Shown: piece by piece, positions 29,174 to 42,168 of the stretch
How the letters are laid out: each line of letters begins with the position of its first letter
Numbering within the stretch: position 1 is the stretch's first letter
Assembly (NCBI GenBank): GCA_951406725.2
Contig: OX597836.1
Span: forward strand, 33,914,001 to 33,978,000
Origin: Octopus vulgaris
Lineage: Eukaryota
Reading direction: 5' to 3'
Length of the DNA stretch: 64,000 nt
The notes under the pieces: generated by a model
Seen by the model: the letters and a program-made list of their open reading frames with translations, nothing else
What the model was told of the DNA's origin: nothing
Database searches by the model: none
Program-made: the position numbers and the translations under genes

Positions 29174-29226
<53 letters not shown>

Positions 29227-29429
29227 ATGTGCATATGCATGCATCAATGTATTTATGCATGTTTGCATGTACGCACGTATTTATTATATGCATGTACTGA
29301 GGCATGTACGAATATACATATAAGCATATACAGGCATGTCTGCGTATATATATATATATGTGTATATGTGTTAGTGTTGTGTGTCCGTGCGTGTGTCTAT
29401 GCGTGTGTATTTATATATATATGTTGTTA

Positions 29430-29467
<38 letters not shown>

Positions 29468-29700
29468 CATGTATATTTGCATGTATGTATTTGTGCATAT
29501 ATATATATATTTTTGTGTGTGTGTGTGTGTGTACGTATGCATGTAAGCAGGTAGGTTCGTGGTCGTGGGGGAGATTTTTATTAACTTCACAGTTTTTTAA
29601 CCTAATTCGACAAGACACTTGCCACGGCTGATTATATACTAAAACTGTTTTTATACGCTGTCATTATATACACTCACTTACATATGCACACATACAGAAG

Positions 29701-29750
<50 letters not shown>

Positions 29751-29866
29751 CACACACACACACACACACACACATACACACATGCACACTCACATTCACA
29801 TATACTCACACACACAATCATTTACGTATATATATATATATATATGCAATTACTAACACAAACACA

Positions 29867-29908
<42 letters not shown>

Positions 29909-30414
29909 TTTAAACAGATGTATACGCGCACCATAACGAGTATTCAGAAACACACACACAGACACACATACATATATGTACATTTATATATACATTTATA
30001 CACACGCAATTACACTAGCATATTCGTATGTTCAAATAATACATACACACATACCCACGCATGCGTGCATGCATAAATATATGCATATGCGTGATCTTAT
30101 ATGTAGTATTGGACAGTTAAAGTATATATTCATAAAATTTGGCTGAAGTCGTTGGTTGAGCGCTTGGCCCAATCGGATGTGCAAGGAGCCATGTAAGCGT
30201 TAATTTGTGGATTCGATTTTTCAGTCAATTATTTAGATATAAATGTCAGATTAAATTGGAGTATATATATATATTATCATTACAATATGTTATTATATAG
30301 TTATTATTGTTCATTATTAGTACAATAGTCGCTCTATCTTCTATAGTCGTTCTATCTCCGTTACTTGCAAAGCCTCCTGGTTTGTTAACAAATAATAAAT
30401 GTAATATTGGACAG

Positions 30415-30523
<109 letters not shown>

Positions 30524-31149
30524 TATATATATATATGTATATATGTATATATATACACGCACACATATATATATATAGATACATATATATACATACGTAT
30601 ATATACATACATATATATATAAATATATACATACGTACATATATATATATATGTATGTATGTTTATATATATATAGTTATATATTTGCGTACACACATGC
30701 ATACATATGCATATATATATGTGTGTGTGTGTGTGTGTGTTTCTGAGTGTATGTGTCTGCGTGCGTGTGTGTGTCTGTGAGTGTACACGTATACATATAC
30801 ACACGCAAGTGCATACATCTGCAGAAGCGCTCATACAGAACAGCCATTTTCACACACACACACACACACACACATACACACACACACACACACACATACA
30901 CACACAGAGTCATACAGGCATTCATGCTCGTGCAAACACCCGTAGATACACTTCTACACATACAAAATGCATACGCGTGTAGATTAACCGTTGGGGTATG
31001 AGTTATCATACACAACAATATATGGACCTCCGTTGGTGTCTACGATGCATTATCAGCTTTTCTATTAACTGAATTACCCTGGAAGTATTTTCCCCTCATG
31101 TGAGAAATTCCTCTCTTTCTTTTTTTCTTTACTGCTAAGCAGCTAACGA

Positions 31150-31425
31150 TATAGTAGTAGTAGTAGTCGTAGTCGTAGTAGTAGTAGTAGTAGTTAAAGC
31201 ATCAGCTGCAGCAGCAGCAGCAGCAGTAGTAGTTAAAGCAACAGCTGCAGCAGTAGTAGTAGTAGTTGTAGTAGTAATGGTAGTTCCAACAGCAGCAGCA
31301 GCAGCAGCTACATTAGTAGTAATAGTTGTAGTAGTAGTTGTAGTAGTAGTAGTAGTAGTAGTAATAGTAGTAGTAGTAGTAGTAGTGGTAGTTCCAACAA
31401 GAGCAGCAGCTGCTGCAGTAGTAGT

Positions 31426-31507
<82 letters not shown>

Positions 31508-31630
31508 ATAGTAGCAGTAGCAGTAGCAGTAGCAGTAGTAATGGCAGTTCCAACAGCAGCAGCAGCAGCTGCAGTAGTAGTAATAGTTGTAGTAGTAGTA
31601 GTTGTAGTAGTAGTAGTAGTAGTAGTAGTA
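31150..31630. repeat. Compound (TAG)n/(CAG)n microsatellite with repeated GTTCCAACA interruptions
   Basis: Seen directly in the sequence. Confidence 0.9.
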
Positions 31631-32279
31631 CTGGGGAATGCGCTCAAGCACGTACATCCACCAGGAGTAGGGGAATCACCTTCTGTTGGTGATGCCCTGC
31701 TGCTCCTTGCGGATGACACCTTTGCACCACTCAGACGACAACCCTCCAGCCCATGGGTCTTTTTTAGGATAGACGTTGCTGGTGAGGGTTTAACGAGGTC
31801 GGAATGCGAATCCTTCCTCAGCCTCTTCTACTCGCCTTTTACGTCACTCAGAGGAAATGTTGGGTCTGTTCCTTGACATGTAGGTCCCCATATAAGAAAT
31901 ATGTTTTTTAAACTATGAACAATCTTCTCACTTTTTAAGAAACATCGTAGAATATTGAATTTCCCTTAATTAGTATATGTCTCGATGTTATGTTGCGCTG
32001 ACGACTTCAAACGAGGATGAAATAGTCCTATACACGACAACCAACGACTAAAAATTACAAGAACTTTATTTTATTGTTTCGGGGGAGTCATTACGCCAAT
32101 AATAACACTCGCACTGGTTCATCATCACTTCTTTATTGTTAGTCAACTGGCTAAATGGAAAATTGTCTTGGAATTTAAAAATTATGGCGCCCGTCTTTAT
32201 AATAGCTGAAGGTATGGATAAGATGGGCGAGAGGATGGGGCAACGGAATTGTCATCGAAAATGTTTCTAAAACCTTTTA

Positions 32280-32441
32280 GGCGTAGGAGTGGCTGTGTGG
32301 TAAGTAGCTTGCTTACGAACCACATGGTTCCGGGTTCAGTCCCATTGCGTGGCACCTTGGGCAAGTGTCTTCTACTATAGCCTCGGGCCGACCAAAGCAT
32401 TGTGAGTGGATTTGGTAGACGGAAACTGAAAGAAGCTTGTA

Positions 32442-32484
<43 letters not shown>

Positions 32485-32716
32485 GTGTGTGTATATGTTT
32501 CTGTGTCTGTGTTTGTCCCCTCAACATCACTTGACAACCGATGCTGGTGTGTTTACGCCCCCGTAACTTAGCGGTTCGGCAAAAGAGACCGATAGAATAA
32601 GTACTAGGCTTCCAAAGAATAAGTCCTAGGGGTGGATTTGCTCGACGAAAAGCGGTGCTCCAGCATGGCCGCAGTCAAATGACTGAAACAAGTAAGAGAG
32701 TAAAATAGTAAAAGAG
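32280..32716 (+). mobile_element. Full-length SINE family A
   Basis: Best-preserved copy, with all modules and the 3' hairpin CAGTC-AAAT-GACTG. Confidence 0.9.
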
Positions 32717-32960
32717 TGTCCACTTTCAGTCACGTGGGGTTGGGGGGTGGGGGGTGTCCAGCTTACTCCCATAACATAATTCTATCTGCCTCTAATACAC
32801 CTAAGTACTTGTAACTGTCACCCTCATTCATAGCTCTGATTGATGTCTCATATGGGAGTTTAATCCCTTCTGACTTGGATCTTTCCCCGCTCTCCTAATT
32901 ACGAGCGTCGCAAACATATTTATTCCATCCCCAATGTCATCACACACAACTCTCTCTCTC

Positions 32961-33253
32961 TTTTACTCTTTTAGTTGTTTCAGTCATTTGACTGCGGCCA
33001 TGCTGGAGCACCGCCTTTAGTCGAGCAAATCGACCCCGGGACTTTTTCTTTGTAAGCCCAGTACTTATTCTATCGGTCTCTTTTGCCGAACCGCTAAGTG
33101 ACGGGGACGTAAACACACCAACACCAGTTGTGAAGCAATGCTAGAGGGACAAACACAGACACACAAACATATACACACACATACATACGTATATATATAC
33201 ATATATACGACAGGCTTCTTTCAGTTTCCGTCTACCAAATCCACTCACAACGC
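32961..33253 (-). mobile_element. 5'-truncated SINE family A, inverted relative to its neighbour
   Basis: Reverse complement of about 32400-32716. Confidence 0.9.
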
Positions 33254-33484
33254 TAACATTTGGCAAATAAATTCCGGTTATCCATAAACTGGTGGTGGTT
33301 TATTCTCTCACAACTGCTAAATTCGCAGCATGATTTAAGCCTCTCTCAGAGTTAACGCAACAGGCAAAAAGAGCGACAAGGAATAGCTTTGGTGCGAGCG
33401 GATCATCTCGGAATATTCCCAATATCATAATGGCTTCAGCTCACATTTCTTGGTCTCATGTGGGTATTGTTATGAAGTCGTCGT

Positions 33485-33868
33485 TTTCTTCTTCTTCTTC
33501 TTCTTCTTCTTCTTCTTCTTCTTCTTCTTCTTCTTCTTCTTCTTCTTCTTCTTCTTCTTCTTCTTCTTCTTCTTCTTCTTCTTCTTCTTCTTCTTCTCCT
33601 TCTTCTTCTTCTTCTTCTTCTTCTTCTTCTTCTTTTTCTTCTTCCTCCTCCTCCTCCTCCTCCTCCTCCCCTTCCTCTTCTTCTTCGTCGTCGTCGTCTT
33701 CCTTCTTCTTCTTCTTCTTCTTCTTCTTCTTCTCCTTCTCCTTCTTCTTCTTCTTCTTCTTCTTCTTCCTTCTTCTTCTTCTTCTTCTTCTTCTTCTTCT
33801 TCCTTCTTCTTCTTCTTCTTCTTCTTCTTTTTCTTCTTCTTCTTCTTCTTCTTCTTCTTCTTCTTCTT
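33485..33868. repeat. ~380-bp (TTC)n/(TCC)n polypyrimidine tract
   Basis: Seen directly in the sequence. Confidence 0.95.
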
Positions 33869-34151
33869 TATGTATGTATGTATATATATATATATATATA
33901 TATAATTATAAATGAGGGTGAGAAATTGATATTAATTTAATAATACCATTAATTTGACACCGAGTGGCTTAGCACAAAAACTAGGGAGAAAATACAAATT
34001 TATACATAAATTATTAGAGAGTTACCACTATGTGGATAGCTCTGGTGCTAAAAATAGCTCCGATAGTATAGCCACAGAGACGATGTTTCCAATTAGAAAT
34101 AACATTACATTTAACGGAAGGAAAGTGAAATATAACGAATAAATAGATTGA

Positions 34152-34228
34152 CCCTGAACAAATTGTTTCATTACTAATGCAAATGCAATTTTTACTTACA
34201 TAAACATCTATAAATCATCATCAGAGGT
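34152..34228 (-). ncRNA. Degenerate hammerhead-like motif in a (TA)n-flanked cassette (~33905-34240)
   Basis: Minus strand CCT CTGATGA [AT-rich ~48 nt] GAA ACAA-T-TTGT TC AGG. One extra nucleotide at the cleavage site and a weak stem II. Confidence 0.45.
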
Positions 34229-34239
34229 TTGTCTTAAAT

Positions 34240-34360
<121 letters not shown>

Positions 34361-34454
34361 ATTCAAAGAACAAACAATTAAAAAAACAGAGAGAAAAAAG
34401 AGAAAATTGAATGTGAGGACGTACTCAACAAACAATGTACAAAGACGTTAGGAT

Positions 34455-34893
34455 TGCCTACACGGATCCATACGACGGACCAACAACATCAGCAATGTCG
34501 ATGTTTGTCCTCCGACGACCCTCATGTACAAGTTGATGAATTTTCTCCGCATTTCTGGGGGTGACGCTGGTGGCAGATATTCCAGATCGCTCATCGTTTT
34601 TCAGGGACGCTCTTCCGCCTTTGAAGCGCCCGTGCTTCTCGAAACGCTGCGGGCGACCCACTGCCGCGTCGCGTTGGTTCTGTTCTAACTTTATATCCAT
34701 GACCACCTCGCAGACTAGAGCATACACGGATCACGGAAACACAAATTTCACAACTTGCGAAGTACACACACGGATGTCACACGGTACACTGCCTCGTGAA
34801 GGTCACTGCTGGCTAACACTGCACTCATAACCATGTGCTGCCATCTGTTGGTGCGCAACAGAACTACTCCGGGAACATTTTGATACCACCTAG
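34455..34893 (-). mobile_element. Mariner 5' fragment
   Basis: TIR-like TAC.AGGTGGTATCAAAA.GTTCCCGG; translation FKGGRASLKNDERSG..IHQLVHEGRRRT..IADVVG.SYGSV (N-terminal HTH region). Confidence 0.8.
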
Positions 34894-34959
34894 TATACAC
34901 TCACACATATATATATGAATATATGTATTTTAAATATACATGTATTTAAAAAAACATTT

Positions 34960-35266
34960 ATGCGCCCTTTTCAAGCCTAGCCAGTCTCATGGGCCCGGTT
35001 TCCCGGTTTCTGTGACGTATGTGTTCCCCCAAGCTGGACAGGACGCCAGTCCATCGCAGCGTTACTCAAGAAACAGGAAGAGAGAGTGTGAGAGAAAGTT
35101 GGGGCGAAAGAGTACAACAGGGGTCGCCACCACCCTCTGCCGGAGCCTCGTTGAGCTTTTAGGTGTTTTCACTCAGTAAACATACACAACGCCCGGTCTG
35201 GGAATCGAAACCACGATCCTCCGACCGCGAATCCGCTGCCCTAACCACTGGGTTATTGCGCCTCCA
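34960..35266 (-). mobile_element. Full-length SINE family B with tail type 2
   Basis: Reverse complement of 63660-63933. Confidence 0.9.
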
Positions 35267-35299
35267 GAAATATATATGTATGAGTGCATATATAACTAT

Positions 35300-35330
<31 letters not shown>

Positions 35331-35445
35331 CATATATACAACACACACACATATATATATGTGTGTGTGTGTGGGTGTATAGTTATATACATACATATAT
35401 ATGTACACACATATATATATATATACATATATATATGCATACACA

Positions 35446-35519
<74 letters not shown>

Positions 35520-35603
35520 TATACATGCATAGATACATACATACATACATATATATATGTATGTATACATATATATATATATACATACATATATATATAT
35601 ATG

Positions 35604-35645
<42 letters not shown>

Positions 35646-36017
35646 CATACATACATATATATGTATATATATATACATGCATATATATGTATATATATAC
35701 ATACATATATATGCATGCATACATATACATACACACACATCATATCCTGTTCGTCGGTGCTAACGAACGTGTAAAAAATGGAAGCTAAATATATATATAT
35801 ATTTTTATTAACACTGTTGTGCAAGCTGGGCTTCCTTCAAGGCTTGTGGAACATTGCTGGCAATAATGTTCGTTAATTATCGCGAAGACTTCTCTCAAAA
35901 ATGCAGATAAACCTGATAAAGTTAAAAAGAAATATTTTTTTTTATCCTTACAGATTATGACGAAGTTATTACACCTGAGAGATGTGAAATGTCTGAACGA
36001 AGTTACTTAGATATAGT

Positions 36018-36103
<86 letters not shown>

Positions 36104-36200
36104 TATAGAATCACCCAAAAGCTTATGTGTATAGAAACGCACTCATACACGTAAAACTTACACACATACACGTGTGTGTGTATACAGACACACACGTATG

Positions 36201-36291
<91 letters not shown>

Positions 36292-36407
36292 ATTAGGGTA
36301 GCCATATTGAAATGGCAAATACACGTCACGATATGCATTGTATGTATTTATATACATATATATGTGTGTTTGTGTTTGTATGTATATATATAAATGTATC
36401 TATGTTG

Positions 36408-36442
<35 letters not shown>

Positions 36443-36538
36443 ATACGACGGCCTTCTTTGTATGTATATATATATATATATATATATACATAGATATATA
36501 CATATGTATATATATGTATATATATGTATATATGTATG

Positions 36539-36622
<84 letters not shown>

Positions 36623-36718
36623 ATCCAAACATGAAAGCACAGAAAAACACAACAGCGCGAGGACGTGGAACAAATATAGTGTTATTGGACGCTCAAGAAA
36701 GGAAAGAAAGAAGGAAGA

Positions 36719-36751
36719 TTTAACGTTTCCAGCAGAGCTCTTCGTTAGAAA
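36719..36751 (-). ncRNA. Degenerate minimal hammerhead in a (TA)n-adjacent cassette (~36620-36825)
   Basis: Minus strand TTT CTAACGA A GAGC-TCT-GCTG GAA ACGT T AAA; one core change and one stem II change. Confidence 0.5.
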
Positions 36752-37009
36752 CATAGGGAAAGGAAAGATCCAAGGAAGGGAAGACAGAAGAAAAAAAAAT
36801 CGCCAACGGTACACATGCGGTCACTTGTCCTCCCAACGTCGCTTGACAACCGATGTTGGTTTATTTCCGTCCCCGTAACCTTGTGGTTCGGCAAAAGAAA
36901 CCGATGTGGCACATTACTGGCAATGATGAATAAGTACTAGGCTTACAAAGAATAAGTCTTGGAGTCGATTTTTTTCAGTTGCATGAACTAAAAGTCGGAG
37001 GTGGGGACG

Positions 37010-37242
37010 GGATAAACTACCTGCAACAATTTGCTGTAAAAGCAGGTACAAGTTTACCTTACTACCTGCGTTTATTGCAAGTTTTGAAGAGTGCAGTTCG
37101 ATTTTAACAGTTATTTTTTCAAAGCTATAATGGAAGTGACAAAAGAGCGTATTTGGCATATTTTGCTTTATGAGTTCAATGAAGGCAACAAAGCAACGAA
37201 AAGTGTGAGGAATATTAATGCAGTATATTGGGATCGGACAAT
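37010..37242 (+). mobile_element. Mariner 5' fragment
   Basis: MEVTKERIWHILLYEFNEGNKATKSVRNINAVYWD resembles the mariner transposase N-terminal HTH. Confidence 0.75.
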
Positions 37243-37319
37243 TGAACCGCGAGGAATTACTGTATCAGAATAAAATAAGGGTCAGTAATTAAATAAAATT
37301 TTAAAAATCACAGCAAGTA

Positions 37320-37493
37320 CCGTAATTTAACCTGTATAAAGAACCCTCGTGGATAAGGAACCCCCTAATTTCGTGGGGCTAAAATTTGGAAAAAAAAGTT
37401 TTGTAAGAGATACTATTCTTGTATAAGTAACCCCCATATTTTTTAAACCTAATTTTTAACAAAAAAGTACTCCATATACTCGTTAAAATACGG
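37320..37493. mobile_element. Tc2/pogo-like MITE
   Basis: TA|CCGTAATTTA ... TAAAATACGG|TA termini; repeated ATAA.GAACCC motifs. Confidence 0.7.
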
Positions 37494-37837
37494 TATATGT
37501 ATATCAAGAGGTACTGCAGAGAAAAAAAAAGATGGTAGAGATATATCGTCTGTTTTTACGAGCGGTTATAGAGGTCATATTGAAGCAGACGATATTTTTA
37601 CGCCATTCATTTTCTTCTTTAGGCATTCTTGATAAATAATTACTGTCTGTGAATATTTATTTATTTAATGGCGTAACTTCTGAAGAGGTAATAATTACGA
37701 AATTCTTCCGTTGAACTATATGTAAATGAGGATTTTATTAAATGTATCACTCTTGCGATTTTCATTTTATTTAATCATTATACGTACTGAGTAATTGTTT
37801 ACAGTCTGTTCATCAGAACCATGCGATGGTTATGCGT

Positions 37838-38278
37838 GGGATCTTTTCGGTTCGAACGGCAGTTTTTAACATAATTTCTAGGTAACTAAAAAATGCTAAA
37901 CTTCGTATACTGGTAGAATGTGTTTATAAAACTTCTTTTGTCTTGGCTTTATTGAGAAAATTCTATAGTTTGTAAGATATTTGTTGTTGTTTTTTCTTCA
38001 ATTTCTGCAATTTCAACCAATCAATGACGTCCATTGAGGTAATAAACATTCTGTGCCGTATGAATATGTAACTCGTTTAAGAAACAGATTGGGTTTATTT
38101 ACATTTGTGAAGAAAAATATATACCTTTCCCCCCACCCCTAACCCTAACTAACCCTAAATCTAACCCTAACCCTAAAACAGATTGAAATGCAATAGATCG
38201 ATACTAGGGTCATAATTATGGGTGACAATTTCATATGACACTGCTAGAAAAAACTGCCGTTCAAACCGAAAAGATCCC
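37838..38278. mobile_element. Unclassified MITE with ~30-bp TIRs, 6-bp TSD and internal (CCCTAA)n
   Basis: GGGATCTTTTCGGTTCGAACGGCAGTTTTT / AAAAACTGCCGTTCAAACCGAAAAGATCCC; TSD ATGCGT on both sides. Confidence 0.9.
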
Positions 38279-38691
38279 ATGCGTATTGTAATATGAAGGC
38301 ATTTTCCAGGTTTATGTATTGGAGTGTAAGTGTAATAGACTACGAAATAAATGGTCACATGTCTTACCCTGTAGAGGCACTGGTGGAACAAATCACACAC
38401 ACACGCGCGCGCAGACACACGCGTTTATGTATTAAATACATGTATACATATGTATAGATGTATTTATACATATATGTATATTTATATACATATATTAAAA
38501 CTATATACTTATACATATCTACGTGCAAATGAATATGTATACATATTTTATATGTGTGTCTGTGTGTGTGTGCGCGTGTGTATTATATTATATGCATGTA
38601 TATATTGATTGATTGATTCTAGTTTCAGCTCACGAGCTGTGGCCATGCTGGGGTACCGCCTATATATATATATATACATGTAACTGTATAC

Positions 38692-38952
38692 ATAGGGGAG
38701 AATTCACAAAAATAAAAACAACAAAAGAGAAGACAGGTGAAGAAGACAACAAACAGATATATTAGTATAACGCTCGGGAAGTGAAAAAGTCTTTAACGTT
38801 TCGAGCCTACGCTCTTTCTCAGAAAGGAACACAGAAAGAAACAAGGAGAGAAAATAATAAAAAATGCATTGTGGCTAGCGATCTATCATGGCAAATGCCG
38901 GACAGAAGGGTCACACAGGAGAGCTAGTAAGAAGGGGAGATAATAAAGTAGC
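38692..38952 (-). mobile_element. Short TA-flanked cassette family with a hammerhead-like motif (38791-38826)
   Basis: Homologous to 41205-41395 (-) and 50845-51090 (+). Confidence 0.75.
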
Positions 38953-39064
38953 GTATATATATCTGTTCTTATCTAATAGTAAAAAGAATCTTACAGTAAG
39001 ATGAAGAATTACTCAATGCATTTGGTGGAGTATAAATTTATTGTTCTTTAACAAGTATAGTATT

Positions 39065-39111
39065 GACAGTGACTGCGAAGTTTCAGCCAGCTAAGGCATC
39101 ATCAGATAGTC
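39065..39111 (-). ncRNA. Type I hammerhead motif within an inverted repeat (39046-39170)
   Basis: Minus strand GACTAT CTGATGA TGCC-TTAGCT-GGCT GAA ACT-TCGC-AGT C ACTGTC. The inverted arm carries palindromic ACTTCGAAGT C. Confidence 0.7.
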
Positions 39112-39250
39112 CGATGGTTGTTCAGCTGGCCGAAACTTCGAAGTCACTGTCGATACTATTCTTGTTAAAGATTAATACATATACGTATGTATGTATGCAT
39201 GTATGTATGTGTATGTGTGTATGCATGCATACTCATGAATATGTAGATAT

Positions 39251-39535
39251 GTGGAGGCGCAATGGCCCAGTGGTTAGGGCAGCGGACTCGCGGTCGGAGG
39301 ATCGCGGTTTCGATTCCCAGACCGGACATTGTGTGTGTTTATTGAGCGAAAACACCTAAAGCTCCACGAGGCTCCGGCAGGGGGTGGTGGCGATCCCTGC
39401 TGTAGTCATTCTTCTGTTGGCCTGCTAGCTTAGCCAGCGGAATGGCGTCATTTGAAGGCTAAAACAATGCGAAGCGCATTGTGACCAGCGATGTGTAACA
39501 ACATCGGATAGCCTGGTCGGTCACGTGATCATGTG

Positions 39536-39537
<2 letters not shown>
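39251..39537 (+). mobile_element. SINE family B with tail type 1
   Basis: A box TGGCCCAGTGG, B box GGTTTCGATTCC, CACGTGATCA end. Confidence 0.9.
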
Positions 39538-39566
<29 letters not shown>

Positions 39567-40354
39567 CATATATATGTATGTATATGTATGTACATGCATA
39601 CATATATACTTTATAACACCCGATACTGTAGTCAATACAGCGAAACAATGATATATACGTATGTGTGTGTGTATATATATATTTATACCTACACAGACAA
39701 ATATACACACATATTTATATATGTATATACAAATACACCAAAATAAAAAAAACATACAAGTATACATATACATAAAAACATGCACACACCGCACAACATT
39801 TGCACACACACACATACACATACAACCACACATACACATACACACATATACACTCGCACATAACTCAAATATAAAAATATATACACAAGTATACACTCAT
39901 ATATACATAATACACATACACATTTAAACCGCATATAGATATATTTACTTAGATTATATACACCCAGAATAGACATACATCTACTCTTAAAAAAAAAATT
40001 AACTACAAAAATAAAATACCTTTCCAAATACAACAAATATTATATTCGATGGAATTAGCAATATAGCTGGAGGATTTAGTCACGGTCTATCGGAGTATTG
40101 GCATTTGTCCAGATCTGATAAGAAACGGAACTGGTTCCTCTTTCCCGCATGTTGTTGTTGGAAAATAATTTTGGAGGAGGAATAGAAGAAAGTAAAATAT
40201 TGAGGAGTGCCGTGGCCGTCTGGTAAGAAGCTTGCTACCCAACCCAATGGTTCCGGGTTCAGTCCCGTTGCGTGGCACCTTGGGGGCATGCGTCTTCTAA
40301 AGCCTCGGGTCGACCAAAGCCTTGCGAGTGGATTTGGTAAACGGAAACTGAAGG

Positions 40355-40398
<44 letters not shown>

Positions 40399-40420
40399 GT
40401 GGAAAGGAACACACGAGTTG

Positions 40421-40515
40421 ATATATATGAAAAAACAAGTCAAAAATAGAAAATGCTAAGATAATTTTAGATTCACTATAAAATTATCTTAGCATTTTCT
40501 ATTTTTGACTTGTTT

Positions 40516-40528
<13 letters not shown>
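40421..40528. repeat. Perfect ~49-bp-arm inverted repeat with a 9-nt loop
   Basis: TGAAAAAACAAGTCAAAAATAGAAAATGCTAAGATAATTTTA and its exact reverse complement, extended by TA repeats. Confidence 0.95.
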
Positions 40529-40564
<36 letters not shown>

Positions 40565-40568
<4 letters not shown>

Positions 40569-41129
40569 GTTGTCCGGAAAGTTCGTGCCGATTTATAGCA
40601 GCTTACATTTCGACTTATTTTAGAACATGGTTGAGTCCATAAAATAGGATTTCACTACACCTCCATTTAGAGCACAGTTTAAGCTATCTTTTCGTGGAAG
40701 AAGGTTTATATTTCTATTACCTGTGTTAATTCTGTAACCCTTTAAAATGGAAGATAAGAAAGTTCATTTTCGGCACTTGATGCTTTGGAAACCAGACAAA
40801 AATTGCTGCAGATCCGCTAGGGTGTGTTACCCCACCCTCCATATTCCCCAGATATTGGTCCTTCGGATTTCCACTTATTCAGGTCTCTGCAGAATAGTCT
40901 TAATGGTAAAAATTTCAATTCCTTGGATAACGTAAAAAGATATCTTGATGAATTCTTTGCCATGAAACCACCTCAATTCTGGGAAGAGGGTATTTTCAAA
41001 TTAAAGGAAAGATGGAGATGCATTGCGCAACAAAAGGTTCATATTTGGTTGATTAAAAATGTAATGGCAAGTATTTATTGAACTTTTTCTTTCCTTTAGA
41101 AATCGGCACGAACTTTCCGGACAACCCAA
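40565..41129 (+). mobile_element. Internally deleted mariner with perfect TIRs
   Basis: TIR TTGGGTTGTCCGGAAAGTTCGTGCCGATTT at both ends within TA repeats. N-terminal MEDKKVHFRHLMLW is joined to C-terminal HPPYSPDIGPSDFHLFRSLQN..LKERW. Confidence 0.93.
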
Positions 41130-41204
41130 TATATATATATAAGGATAAAGTTGTTATTTTAAATAGCCACCAAATCAAGTGGCAGCATGGGAAGAAAATA
41201 TATA

Positions 41205-41395
41205 TATAGGGAGGGTTTACGAAAAAAAAAAACAAAAGACGAAGACAGGTGGTGTACAAAACAAACAGATGTATTAGTATAACGCTCTGGAATAGAAAAA
41301 GTCTTTTAAGTTTCGAGCCTACGCTCTTCTACAGAAAGGGACACAGAAAAAACAAGGAGAGAAAAAAATGTGTGTAGTGGCTAACGATCTATCGT
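41205..41395 (-). mobile_element. Short cassette with a hammerhead-like motif (41303-41338)
   Basis: Minus strand CTTT CTGTAGA A GAGC-GTAG-GCTC GAAACTTA AAAG. Confidence 0.75.
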
Positions 41396-41878
41396 CCCTT
41401 TTTGTATCATCTAACTGTCTGGATGTTTTGTTGTCGCCTGTTGCGTTCTTGTCCCATTTTTTTGTATTCTTATATATATATACGCGTATATATACACATA
41501 TACCTGTAGCTGTGTGGTAAGAAGCTGGCTTCCCAACCACATGGTTCCAGGTTCAGTTCCACTGCGTGACATCTTGGGCTGGTGTTTTTTTTACTATAGC
41601 CTTGGACCGACCAATATATATATATCTATGCATATATGCATATACACATACGTGCATGCTTACATACATATATACATGCAACTGGTAGTGGATTGTTTAC
41701 GTCCCGTAACTTAGCTGTTCGACAGTAGACATAGATGGAATAAGTACCATACTCAAACGAACAACCACCACTCACTTCCCGAAGTACCGGAGTCAATTTA
41801 TTCGACTAAAACTCTTGATGGCGGTTTCCCAGCATGGTTGCAGTTTAATGACTGAAAGAAGTAAAGGATAAAAAAATA

Positions 41879-42168
41879 CAGCAATACCTCAGTTTACGAG
41901 GATCCGCTTTACGAGGCCGCAGGTTTCCGAGTTGTATTTGATAATGAATACAAAAAGGTTAAGCAGCCATTTTGTGTATGTGGCAACGTCGCTACATGTT
42001 GCGACGCTAGTTCTGACTTGTCTACACAGCGACGAAGTAAAATGATGCCATAAAATTTCATAGCTACCACGGGAAATTATTGCTCTGCCTTACGAGTTTT
42101 CGCTTTACGAGTTGTCATTTTACGAGCGCACCCAGTGTACGAATTAACTCGTATATCGGGCATTAGTA
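41879..42168. mobile_element. Tigger/pogo-like MITE
   Basis: TA|CAGCAATACCTCAGTTTACGAG left end, decayed right end CTCGTATATCGGGCATTAG, repeated TTACGAG subterminal motifs. Confidence 0.7.

Noticed and set aside
31277-31876. 199-aa ORF as a host gene exon
   Set aside because: More than half is (TAG)/(CAG) repeat, and the remainder matches no family I recognise.
31995-32030. Hammerhead-like CTGACGA..GAAATAGTC
   Set aside because: Extra bases precede GAAA and stem I does not pair; compatible with chance.
35935-36010. Splice-acceptor-like TTTTTTATCCTTACAG exon start
   Set aside because: No good donor downstream and no recognisable peptide.
37675-37820. Two partial hammerhead-like strings (CTGAAGAGGTAATAATTACGAAA on plus; CTGATGAACAGACTGTAAAC on minus)
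   Set aside because: The first lacks stems I and III; the second lacks the GAAA.
38137-38176. Telomere or chromosome-fusion relic
   Set aside because: Only about six imperfect units, and they lie inside a TIR/TSD-bounded MITE.
39251-39325. tRNA gene (also other SINE heads)
   Set aside because: A and B boxes are present, but there is no complete acceptor stem and the sequence continues into a multi-copy SINE body.
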